A stretch of 64,000 nucleotides of DNA, from NCBI GenBank assembly GCA_030635055.1, contig DAOVZN010000002.1, forward strand, positions 17,481 through 81,480. Direction: 5' to 3'. Under the pieces are notes generated by a model. It saw only the letters and a program-made list of their open reading frames with translations. It was not told the origin of the DNA and did no database searches. Source of the stretch: a bacterium. GTDB lineage: Bacteria > Patescibacteriota > Minisyncoccia > Minisyncoccales > JAGLPU01. Position numbers and translations under genes: made by a program. Positions 20,409-28,065 of the stretch are shown piece by piece (within the stretch, counting starts at the first letter, position 1; every line of letters starts with the position of its first letter).

Positions 20409-21278
20409 TTATTTTTTAATTAATAGTAAAGCTGCGCCGACTGCTCCGGAAAATTCTCCAAGCTTAGCCTTTTTTATTCTAACATATTTTTTAGCTAAAG
20501 GGGAAATAATTCTCTTAGAGCATTCCTCTTGAGTTGACTTCATAAAAAACTTACTAGTCTTGGAAGTTCCTCCTCCCAGAACAATAATTTTCGGATCTAA
20601 AACATTAACTATATTGGCCAACCCTATTCCTAAGTATTTGCCGTAATCGGAAAAAAGCTGCAAGGCTTTTTTATCTCCTGCGCTTGCTTCAACCTCCAAT
20701 TCTTTTGAACTGATTTTTCTTCTTTTGAAAAATTTTTCAGAAGCATACTCTTCAAAACAACCAAAACTTCCGCAGGAACACTTATAGCCGTCAAACTTAA
20801 TGCTCATATGACCCACTTCTCCTCCAGAGCCATAAGCACCATGATAAATTTTACGGTTTAAGACTATCCCAGCCCCTATTCCGCTTCCCAGAGTTATACC
20901 GCAAACAACTTCAGCTTCTTGTCCTGCTCCCAAACAAGCCTCTGCCAGAGCAAAACAGTTAGCATCATTATCCATGGCAACAGCTGATTTTTTAAACAAA
21001 AATCCCTTAACAAGCTGTGGCAAGGGACAATTATTAAGATAAGGTAAATTTGGTGAATTTAAAACTAATTCTCTTTTAATGTCTAAAAGAGCTGGAACTC
21101 CTATGCCGACTCCGGCGATAGGCTTGGTTTCTAAAACTAAATTTTCTTTCAAAGCTGAAAAAAAAGCAATTTTGGTTTTAGGAGTGGGAATCTTCTTTTT
21201 TTTGACAATTTTGTTATTTGCCAACAAAAGAAAAATAATTTTGGTCGCACCAATATCAATTCCCACAAAATACTTCAT
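20409..21278 (-). CDS. ROK-family sugar kinase (glucokinase-like)
   Basis: GIDIGAT, DNDAN, GEVGH, CSCGSFGCFEEY. Confidence 0.9.
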   Translation of the reverse strand: MKYFVGIDIGATKIIFLLLANNKIVKKKKIPTPKTKIAFFSALKENLVLETKPIAGVGIGVPALLDIKRELVLNSPNLPYLNNCPLPQLVKGFLFKKSAVAMDNDANCFALAEACLGAGQEAEVVCGITLGSGIGAGIVLNRKIYHGAYGSGGEVGHMSIKFDGYKCSCGSFGCFEEYASEKFFKRRKISSKELEVEASAGDKKALQLFSDYGKYLGIGLANIVNVLDPKIIVLGGGTSKTSKFFMKSTQEECSKRIISPLAKKYVRIKKAKLGEFSGAVGAALLLIKK

Positions 21279-21279
21279 A

Positions 21280-22047
21280 TTAGGATTCTATTTGGCTAAT
21301 TAAATCCTGAACGCCGCTACAAACCCCTTCTGGTTGATTATTCGTTAATTTACAAATTAAAGCTGTCAAAATCCTAGCTTCTTCTTCCTCTCCATTGCTT
21401 TGCCCGGAACCGACTCTCCAATATTTGCACCCCAGGACCGTTGTCGGCACACCGCCAGTGCTGTACTGGGAAAACACATCCATATCTTTAGTGGCGTCCA
21501 TATTGTTATGAAAAGCTATTTCATCTCCAAACTGGGCAACTGCTTTTTCCACTATTGGATGCTCCCAGACGCAGTGAGGACAGCCAGGAGAGCCGAAGAA
21601 ATAAATAATTGGCTTACCGTTCTCTTCACAAATTTGATTTTCACCGGCAGTAAAATTACCGATAGTAGTTTCTTCTTTGGTTTTTTCTTCCAGTTTGATT
21701 ACTTCCGGAAATAACAATCCTCCATCTAAACTGGCATATAAATCAAATTCATTGCTATCTATCTTAACTTTTAATTTATATACTTTATTTTCTTCCACTA
21801 TACCTATTAAAGAAGCTGTCGATGGACTTTGTAAAAGATATTCGTTAATATAGGCAATTGTTCTTTCCCCTACTTCATCTGCAGACAGAACAATAAAATT
21901 AGTTGAAATAATATTGTTTTCTGGCAAAGGAAGCGCGTTAGTGCTGTGAATATAACTTACCGCAAAAATAGCGATAACTCCAGCCATAATAATTACCAAA
22001 GATGCTATATTTTTCTTTAAAAAATCCATAATATTTTTAACAACCAT
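21280..22047 (-). CDS. Membrane-anchored thioredoxin-fold protein
   Basis: N-terminal TM helix, CPHC motif, GVPT cis-Pro loop. Confidence 0.75.
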   Translation of the reverse strand: MVVKNIMDFLKKNIASLVIIMAGVIAIFAVSYIHSTNALPLPENNIISTNFIVLSADEVGERTIAYINEYLLQSPSTASLIGIVEENKVYKLKVKIDSNEFDLYASLDGGLLFPEVIKLEEKTKEETTIGNFTAGENQICEENGKPIIYFFGSPGCPHCVWEHPIVEKAVAQFGDEIAFHNNMDATKDMDVFSQYSTGGVPTTVLGCKYWRVGSGQSNGEEEEARILTALICKLTNNQPEGVCSGVQDLISQIES

Positions 22048-22132
22048 ATTTTATGACTATATTAATTAATAATTATAATTATTTATATTATATTCTCTTC
22101 AAAATTGCAACTCTTTAAATAGTGGATAATTA

Positions 22133-22204
22133 AGCCAGCAGAGAGATTCGAACTCCCGACCTCCTCTTTACGAAAGAGTTGCTCTACCCCTGAGCCATGC
22201 TGGC
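22133..22204 (-). tRNA. tRNA-Thr(CGT), CCA not encoded
   Basis: GCCAGCA acceptor stem, anticodon loop TTCGTAA, T loop TTCGAAT. Confidence 0.95.
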
Positions 22205-22211
22205 ACCATTA

Positions 22212-22283
22212 AGCGAGTGAAGGGAATCGAACCCTCGTCTCAACCTTGGGAAGGTTATGTAATAGCCATTATACGACACTCGC
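22212..22283 (-). tRNA. tRNA-Gly(CCC), CCA not encoded
   Basis: GCGAGTG acceptor stem, TAACC-TTCCCAA-GGTTG anticodon arm, T loop TTCGATT. Confidence 0.95.
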
Positions 22284-22287
22284 ATTT

Positions 22288-22464
22288 GTGAACTGGTTAT
22301 AAAACTATTTTTGCTACAATTTTATATTTTAAGCTACGATTTCGTTAAGTTGCTTAAAAAGATTTTCTTTGTGACTCTATCACGCCTCAAATCTTTTCAC
22401 TTACTTTCCTTGTCTCGCTCGAGAATCTAAAATTTCGCAACGAAAAGATTTAGAACCATCTCAC
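22288..22464. repeat. ~177-bp imperfect palindromic element, copy 1
   Basis: Colinear along its whole length with 27024-27201. Ends are imperfect inverted repeats. Confidence 0.8.
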
Positions 22465-22847
22465 TAAAACTTTATTTTTTTCAGGAGTTTCTGCCAAAAG
22501 TTTTCTTTCTCCTCTACTTCTTCTTTCTCGCTTTCCTCTTTAATAAAAGCCACCACCTCTTCCCCTGGCTTTTTAAGGTTAAACTGCTCCCGCGCTTTCT
22601 TCTCTAAATAACTGTCTTGAGAAATCTGGAAAATTCCTGCTTTCAATTCCTGGTTTTCTTTTTCTAAAACCTGTATCTCTTCAGACAAGGAACTAATCCG
22701 AGAGCTAAGTTCTTCTTTTCTTTCGCTCAGCTTTGAATTAGAAGTGAGAAGAAACATTAATATAATCAATGCCAGAACACCAATAAAAGAAAAAGAGAAA
22801 ATAGTTTGGAAAGAATATTTTGCGTTTTTCTTGTATTTTGCTATCAT
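22464..22847 (-). CDS. Septum formation initiator (FtsB/DivIC family)
   Basis: Single TM helix, coiled coil, YLEKKAREQFNLKKPGE motif. Confidence 0.85.
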   Translation of the reverse strand: MIAKYKKNAKYSFQTIFSFSFIGVLALIILMFLLTSNSKLSERKEELSSRISSLSEEIQVLEKENQELKAGIFQISQDSYLEKKAREQFNLKKPGEEVVAFIKEESEKEEVEEKENFWQKLLKKIKF

Positions 22848-22853
22848 ATATTA

Positions 22854-22994
22854 ATGAAAAAGATTAAAAAGAAAACTATTTTTAGAATTATCTGGATTAT
22901 CTTAATATTTTTTGTAATCTTGGGAATGATTGGTTTTTTAATGATTGGCTTTATCTAGCTCAAAATTTTCAAATAGACATCGGGAGGAATTCTG
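22854..22994 (+). CDS. Small single-pass membrane protein (46 aa, below the ORF-track cutoff)
   Basis: MKKIKKKTIFRIIWIILIFFVILGMIGFLMIGLSSSKFSNRHREEF*. Candidate promoter TTGCGT-16-TATCAT lies 6 nt before the ATG. Confidence 0.6.
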
Positions 22995-24724
22995 ATCTTC
23001 CCTTTCGCTTTAAGCTCGGCCTTGCCTTTTTTTTGCTTTTCCAGTAGTTTATTCTTTCTGGTAACATCTCCTCCATACAAATAACCAGTAACATCTTTTC
23101 TCTTGGCGCTGATCGTTTCTCTGGCGATTACTTTTCCTCCCACTGCCGCTTGGACAGGAACCGCAAAAAGTTGATCAGGAATTAATTTCTTTAATTTTTT
23201 AACCATATCTCTGCCTTCTGGCAGAGCTTTTTCTTTAGGAACAATTCGAGCAAAGGATTCTTCTTTCTTTCCTAGAATCAAAATATCCAGCTTTACCAGT
23301 TCAACTTTTCTCCAGTCCAAAATATCATAGTTCATAGAAGCAAATCCCTGAGAAACGCTTTTCAGCTTATCATAAAAATTACGGTCTATTATTTCCCTTA
23401 AAGGAGCTTCCAATATTAGCTTTGCTTTACCCCCAACCCATTGAGTGTCTAAATATTTGGCGGAAATAAGCTTTGACAGCTCCAACACCTGACTGAGATA
23501 TTCTTGCGGGGTCAATATTTGAAGATTAACCCAAAGTTCAAAACTCTCTTTGATGGCCGAAGGATCCGGAAAATCTTGGGGAGTATAAACCAAGGTCTCC
23601 TTGTTATCTCCGGTAACCGCTTTATAAAGAATTGAAGGAGTGGACAAAACCAGGCTTAAATCAAATTCTCTTCTTATCCTCTCGGTTAAAATTTCAGCAT
23701 GTAGCAAACCTAAAAATCCGCACTGAAATCCACGACCCAGTCCTGTCTTCATTTCCGGCTTAAAATCAAAAGCGGCATCTGTAAGCTTTATCTTTTCCAG
23801 AGCTTCTTTTAAATTTTTGTGATCGTCGGTATCTTCCGGATAAATGCTAAGAAAAACCATTGGCTTTGATTCTTCGTATCCAAGCAAGGCCTCTTTAGCC
23901 GAATTAGTGATAGTGTCTCCTATTTTTACTTTGTCTGGCTGCTTTATCCCTGTAGCGATATAGCCTATTTCCCCGCACTTTAATTCTGAAGAAGGAGAAA
24001 GTTCTGGAATGAAAAATCCCACTTCTTTTACTTCTCCTTCTGTTTTTTCAGCCATTAAATAAATCTTTTCTCCGGTTTTAATTCTGCCGTCAACCGCTCT
24101 GACAAAAGCTGTCACTCCCTTATACGAATCATATTTAGAATCAAATATTAAGGCGCGGAAAGATTTATCTGAATTATCTGGTGGACCAGGAATCTTTTCC
24201 ACAACTGCTTTAAGAACTTCTTCAATATTAATACTATTTTTGGCTGATATCTTTATCACCTCGCTTTCTTCCACACCCAAAACATCAGCCAGTTCTTTAA
24301 TAGTTTCTTCCACCCTGGCATGGCTCAAATCAATTTTATTTATCACCGGAATAATCACCAAGTTTTGTTTCTGAGCCAGTTCTAAGTTAGCCAAAGTTTG
24401 AGCCTGGATTCCCTGACTGGCGTCAACCAATAAAACGGCTCCTTCCACCGCGGCCAAGGCTCGGGAAACTTCATAGCCAAAATCCACATGACCGGGAGTA
24501 TCTATCAAATTCAAAATATATGGCTGACCGTTGAAAACATAATTCAGCCGGATTGGCTGCATCTTTATGGTTATTCCTTTTTCTCTTTCCAAATCCATCA
24601 TATCCAGAAACTGTGGCTGCATCTTTCTCTTTTCAATAGCACTGGTCAATTCCAAGAACCGGTCAGCTAAAGTTGACTTGCCGTGATCAATATGACTAAT
24701 AATGCTGAAATTTCTAATCTTCAT
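22955..24724 (-). CDS. lepA: Elongation factor 4
   Basis: IRNFSIISHIDHGKSTLADR, DTPGHVDF, GFLGLLH, RKDVTGYLYGGDVTRK. Confidence 0.97.
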   Translation of the reverse strand: MKIRNFSIISHIDHGKSTLADRFLELTSAIEKRKMQPQFLDMMDLEREKGITIKMQPIRLNYVFNGQPYILNLIDTPGHVDFGYEVSRALAAVEGAVLLVDASQGIQAQTLANLELAQKQNLVIIPVINKIDLSHARVEETIKELADVLGVEESEVIKISAKNSINIEEVLKAVVEKIPGPPDNSDKSFRALIFDSKYDSYKGVTAFVRAVDGRIKTGEKIYLMAEKTEGEVKEVGFFIPELSPSSELKCGEIGYIATGIKQPDKVKIGDTITNSAKEALLGYEESKPMVFLSIYPEDTDDHKNLKEALEKIKLTDAAFDFKPEMKTGLGRGFQCGFLGLLHAEILTERIRREFDLSLVLSTPSILYKAVTGDNKETLVYTPQDFPDPSAIKESFELWVNLQILTPQEYLSQVLELSKLISAKYLDTQWVGGKAKLILEAPLREIIDRNFYDKLKSVSQGFASMNYDILDWRKVELVKLDILILGKKEESFARIVPKEKALPEGRDMVKKLKKLIPDQLFAVPVQAAVGGKVIARETISAKRKDVTGYLYGGDVTRKNKLLEKQKKGKAELKAKGKIRIPPDVYLKILS

Positions 24725-24737
24725 AAATAGAAATAGT

Positions 24738-24772
24738 TAAAATTTCGCAACGAAAGAATTTTGTAACCATCT
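24738..24772. repeat. Right-end remnant of the palindromic element, upstream of lepA
   Basis: taaaatttcgcaacgaaa...aaccatct matches the right end of copy 1 (~22428-22461). Confidence 0.7.
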
Positions 24773-24800
24773 TGTGCTATCTTTCTATCATTTTTTGCGT

Positions 24801-24832
24801 AAAAAAGAAATGAGCATTCTGAAAATGCTCAT
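24801..24832 (-). terminator. Intrinsic terminator of mini-cassette 1
   Basis: Minus strand ATGAGCATT-TTCAG-AATGCTCAT-TTCTTTTTT. Confidence 0.75.
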
Positions 24833-24837
24833 ATTAA

Positions 24838-25001
24838 TTATTCGTCGCTACCTGCCATTAACCATGCTATCCCAGAAACTAGAGCAACTGAGACAATTTC
24901 TTTCGCCTCTACGCCACCAGAAAGAACTGTGGCGACCATTAATGCCATGAGGAATGCGCAGCTCTATACAATATTGTGACTGTTGTGCTTATCACCTTCA
25001 C
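24838..25001 (-). pseudogene. Small hydrophobic ORF of mini-cassette 1, apparently frameshifted
   Basis: GTG at 25001 gives MKVISTTVTILYRA. Removing one GC from GCTGCGCATTC continues it as AFLMALMVATVLSGGVEAKEIVSVALVSGIAWLMAGSDE* (stop 24838-24840). Alternatively a 36-aa ORF starts at ATG 24948. Confidence 0.5.
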
Positions 25002-25090
25002 TTACCTCTTTTTCAAAGATCCATCAGCTTAACTAGTTTAGCTAAGCTTCTTTTAAAATTATAATAGCAGAATTTTGTTATTTGTCAAAA
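25001..25090 (-). promoter_or_regulatory. Cassette leader copy 1: -35/extended -10, hairpin, boxA-like motif, SD-like motif
   Basis: TTGACA-16-(TGC)TATTAT, then AGCTTAGCTA-AAC-TAGTTAAGCT, then GATCTTTGAAAA, AGAGGT and GTG. Confidence 0.7.
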
Positions 25091-25291
25091 AGAAAAAGCG
25101 CCATTGGCGCTATTATGTTTTTCTTTGGGATAAAACAATTTATCAATAATATCCACAGCAACAAATATCGTTATTACCAATATTCCTAAGCTAAATCTTT
25201 TGCACCAACTGATTGCGATATGAAGACATAGCCGAATTATAATTTCTGCAAATGTTATTATTGTCATTACTTTTGGAATTTTCATTTTCAC
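25085..25291 (-). CDS. Small hydrophobic hypothetical protein of mini-cassette 2
   Basis: 68-aa ORF with two hydrophobic stretches. A terminator-like AGCGCC-AAT-GGCGCT-TTTTCTTTT overlaps its last codons. Confidence 0.55.
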   Translation of the reverse strand: MKMKIPKVMTIITFAEIIIRLCLHIAISWCKRFSLGILVITIFVAVDIIDKLFYPKEKHNSANGAFSF

Positions 25292-25379
25292 CCACCTCTT
25301 TTTTAAAGATCACTAGTTTGGCTAATTTAACCAAACCTCTTTTACCACTACAATAGCAGGATTTCCTTATTTGTCAAAA
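25291..25379 (-). promoter_or_regulatory. Cassette leader copy 2
   Basis: TTGACA-16-(TGC)TATTGT, then GGTTTGGTTA-AAT-TAGCCAAACT, then GATCTTTAAAAA, AGAGGTG and GTG. Homologous to copy 1 about 290 bp away. Confidence 0.7.
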
Positions 25380-27019
25380 AATTGACTCCTAAATTCTCTA
25401 AAAATTGAAGTTTTGGCTGCTGCCAGCTCTGAAGATTTTAATAAAAAAGAAACAAAAAGATAAAATAACATCCCCAATGTTCCGGCAATTCCCGCTTGCA
25501 GGAATAAACCTAAAAAAGTTTTAGTGTCTAAAACTTCGGCAAAAATATAAAGAGAAACATAGGTTGTTGGAATCATAAAGACAGCAGCGATAATTATTTT
25601 GAAAAATGAATTAATAATCCGCTTAAGGTCAATATCGCCAATCTTTTTATAAAGAAAGATTAATAATAAAACAAACTGGCAAAGCATAATCAGAGTAAAA
25701 GCCAAAGGCAATCCAACTACCGCGATATCTTGAATTTCTTCCAGCTTTAAAATATCTCTCATGAAATTGCTGAACCAGTTGGAAAAACCTAATGAGGAAA
25801 CAAAAACAATGGAAAAAATAATATTTAAAAATATTGTCGCGACAGCAATAACGGTTGGGGTTTTAGTGTCTTGCAGGCTGAAAAACATCCGCAGAATAGT
25901 TGGGATTAAGGCCTGAGCAAAAATTCCCAGACAATATATTCCTAAGCAAGCCGCGGTCAATCTTGTTTCCAGCCAGCCAAATTCTCCTGTTCCCAATACG
26001 AGCCTGATAAACTGAGCTCTTAATATGAACATCAGCAAGCTTATTGGAACGACCCAAAAAAGAATTTGCCGGAAAATGGAAGAAAAACTGTTGATAAAAG
26101 CTTTTTTTTGATTGCTCGCCCAGGCTTTCGAAAGGAAAGGGAAAGAAACAGTGGCAAAAGAAATGCCAATCAGTCCAACAGGAAGATAGCGCAAATTATT
26201 AGCAAAATTAAAAACAGTCAATGAGCCAACAGCCAAGGTAGAAGCAATTATAGTGATAACAATAAAATTTATTTGGGAAGCTGCTGCTGCAATAGTACGC
26301 GGAATAGCCAATAAAAACATTTTTTTAACAGCCGGATATTTAAAATCAAAAAGCATCTTATACCTAAAACCGGACTTTATTGCCGAAGGTATTTGAATGA
26401 GCATATGGCAGAAAGCTCCCAAAACCACTCCCAAACTCACTCCTAAGATCCCCCACTGAGGAGCTAGAAACAAGATGCCGAAAATAATGCCAAGGTTATA
26501 GAAAATCGGAGCCAAAGAATAAGCCAGGAATCGATTAAAATAATGCAACACTCCGGAAAAAATAGAAGAAAGTCCCAAGAATAAAGGACTTAAAAACATT
26601 ATCCGCGTCAAAGTAGTCACCATAGCTTTATTCTCTGCAGTAAAACCGGGAACTAAATATTCAACTAACCAAGGAGCAAGAATAAAAAAAAGGCCCAAGA
26701 GAGAAAGGAGCAAGAATAAAAAGATATTCAGGACGTGATTCATCATGCGCCAGCTCTCCTCTTTATTTTTCAAATAATATTCAGAAAACAGAGGCAAAAA
26801 ACAAACCACGATGCTGCCAGTGAATAAAATATTATAAATCAAATCAGGAATTTGGAATGAAGCAAAATAAACATCAAGCTCGGTTCCCGCTCCAAAACGG
26901 CCGGCCAATAACCTGTCCCTTACTAACCCCAAAATTCGGCTTAGTAAAGTGGCTACCGCCAAAACTATGGCTGAAGCGGCGATAGTCTTCGTTTGAGAAT
27001 TTAAAAGTCGTTTTATCAT
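25367..27019 (-). CDS. murJ: Lipid II flippase MurJ (MviN)
   Basis: LLSRILGLVRDRLLAGRFG, FQIPD, LPVGLIGISF, FFSLQDTKTP. Start placed at MIKRLL (27019); the longer ORF-track start lies inside a repeat. Confidence 0.93.
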   Translation of the reverse strand: MIKRLLNSQTKTIAASAIVLAVATLLSRILGLVRDRLLAGRFGAGTELDVYFASFQIPDLIYNILFTGSIVVCFLPLFSEYYLKNKEESWRMMNHVLNIFLFLLLSLLGLFFILAPWLVEYLVPGFTAENKAMVTTLTRIMFLSPLFLGLSSIFSGVLHYFNRFLAYSLAPIFYNLGIIFGILFLAPQWGILGVSLGVVLGAFCHMLIQIPSAIKSGFRYKMLFDFKYPAVKKMFLLAIPRTIAAAASQINFIVITIIASTLAVGSLTVFNFANNLRYLPVGLIGISFATVSFPFLSKAWASNQKKAFINSFSSIFRQILFWVVPISLLMFILRAQFIRLVLGTGEFGWLETRLTAACLGIYCLGIFAQALIPTILRMFFSLQDTKTPTVIAVATIFLNIIFSIVFVSSLGFSNWFSNFMRDILKLEEIQDIAVVGLPLAFTLIMLCQFVLLLIFLYKKIGDIDLKRIINSFFKIIIAAVFMIPTTYVSLYIFAEVLDTKTFLGLFLQAGIAGTLGMLFYLFVSFLLKSSELAAAKTSIFREFRSQFFDK

Positions 27020-27023
27020 TTTG

Positions 27024-27201
27024 GTCAAATGCTTGCAAAACTTTTTCTGCTGCAATTTTATATTTCTAACTGCAACTTCGTCAAGCTGCCTAAAAAGATT
27101 TTGACCGTAGCTATTACTACGCTTCAAGCCTTTTTACTTGCTTTCCTCATTTTGCTTAAAAATCTAAAATCTAGCAACGAAAAATTTTACAACCATCTCA
27201 C
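27024..27201. repeat. ~178-bp imperfect palindromic element, copy 2
   Basis: Left end GTCAAATGCTTGCAAAACTTTTTC versus right end (reverse complement) GTGAGATGGTTGTAAAATTTTTC. Central hairpin CGTAG-TAATAG-CTACG. Confidence 0.8.
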
Positions 27202-27226
27202 TTTATCTTAATCTAAATTGCAAAAT

Positions 27227-27255
27227 TTGACAAAAGTTTTTTAAAATTATAAAAT
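27227..27255 (+). promoter_or_regulatory. Sigma70 promoter of rnpB
   Basis: TTGACA (27227), 17 bp, TAAAAT (27250). Confidence 0.8.
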
Positions 27256-27260
27256 GAATT

Positions 27261-27598
27261 GTTTTAGTAGGTTGGGTGATTGCCCCGTTTTGCGGGGAGG
27301 AAAGTCCGGACACCCCCTTTGATAAGGGAAGTAGGTAGTCGTTAATTGCGACCGAGAGTGATCTTAGGGAAAGTGCCACAGAGACTAAACAGCCAATCAA
27401 GTCAAGCTTCGCCCTAAAGGCAAAACTGATATTTGAGGCTAAGGTGAAAAGTAAGAAAATAAAATTTCTTTCGTCAGACGGTAACGTTTTGGCGTGGTAA
27501 ACCCTATCTGGTGCAAGAGCTTATGCTCGCTTAGATAGATAATCGCTAATCTTTCTACAAAGAAAGATACAAAATTCGGCTTATAGACCTACTAAAAC
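27261..27598 (+). ncRNA. rnpB: RNase P RNA
   Basis: GAGGAAAGTCCGGAC, GGAAAGTGCCACAGA, GGTAAACCC, ACAAAATTCGGCTTAT. P1 stem GTTTTAGTAGGT/ACCTACTAAAAC. Confidence 0.95.
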
Positions 27599-27599
27599 T

Positions 27600-27626
27600 T
27601 CCCCCGCTTCAGCGGGGGTTTTGTTT
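27600..27626. terminator. Terminator between convergent rnpB and rnhA
   Basis: CCCCCGCT-TC-AGCGGGGG followed by TTTTGTTT. Confidence 0.8.
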
Positions 27627-28065
27627 AAAATAGGCTTTGCGCGTTTCCTTCATTATCTAAAGCTTCATTAACCAGCTTGTCTGCTTCCTTATTTCTTTCT
27701 CTAGGAATATGAATAAACTCTATTTTTTTAAAATCAATTCTTAAATTCCAAATTTCTAAAAACAAAGGCTGAATTTTTTCATCCAGAATTTTGTATTTTG
27801 CGTTTAGCTGATTTACTAAAAGTTCTGAATCTGAACGCATTTCTATTTCAGCGCTTTGAGCCGTAGCTTTTCCGAACAAGGCCTTGAATTTTTTTAAAGC
27901 GAATATCACTGCTTGATACTCTGCTTGATTGTTAGTGGCTTTGCCCAAACATTGAGAACATCTTTTAAGAATTTCCTCTTTTTCGTTGTAAAAAACAACT
28001 CCTATTGCTGAAGGTCCTGGGTTGCCCCTTGACCCGCCATCCGTACAAATAATAAATTTCTTCAT
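27625..28065 (-). CDS. rnhA: Ribonuclease HI (archaeal/Gram-positive-like)
   Basis: TDGGSRGNPG, TNNQAEY, SDSELLV, IPRERNKEADKL. Confidence 0.92.
   Translation of the reverse strand: MKKFIICTDGGSRGNPGPSAIGVVFYNEKEEILKRCSQCLGKATNNQAEYQAVIFALKKFKALFGKATAQSAEIEMRSDSELLVNQLNAKYKILDEKIQPLFLEIWNLRIDFKKIEFIHIPRERNKEADKLVNEALDNEGNAQSLF

Noticed and set aside
27020-27127. 36-aa N-terminal extension of MurJ from the ORF track
   Set aside because: It derives from the palindromic repeat and uses a TTG start; MurJ-like sequence begins at ATG 27019. Noted only as a possibility under the repeat finding.
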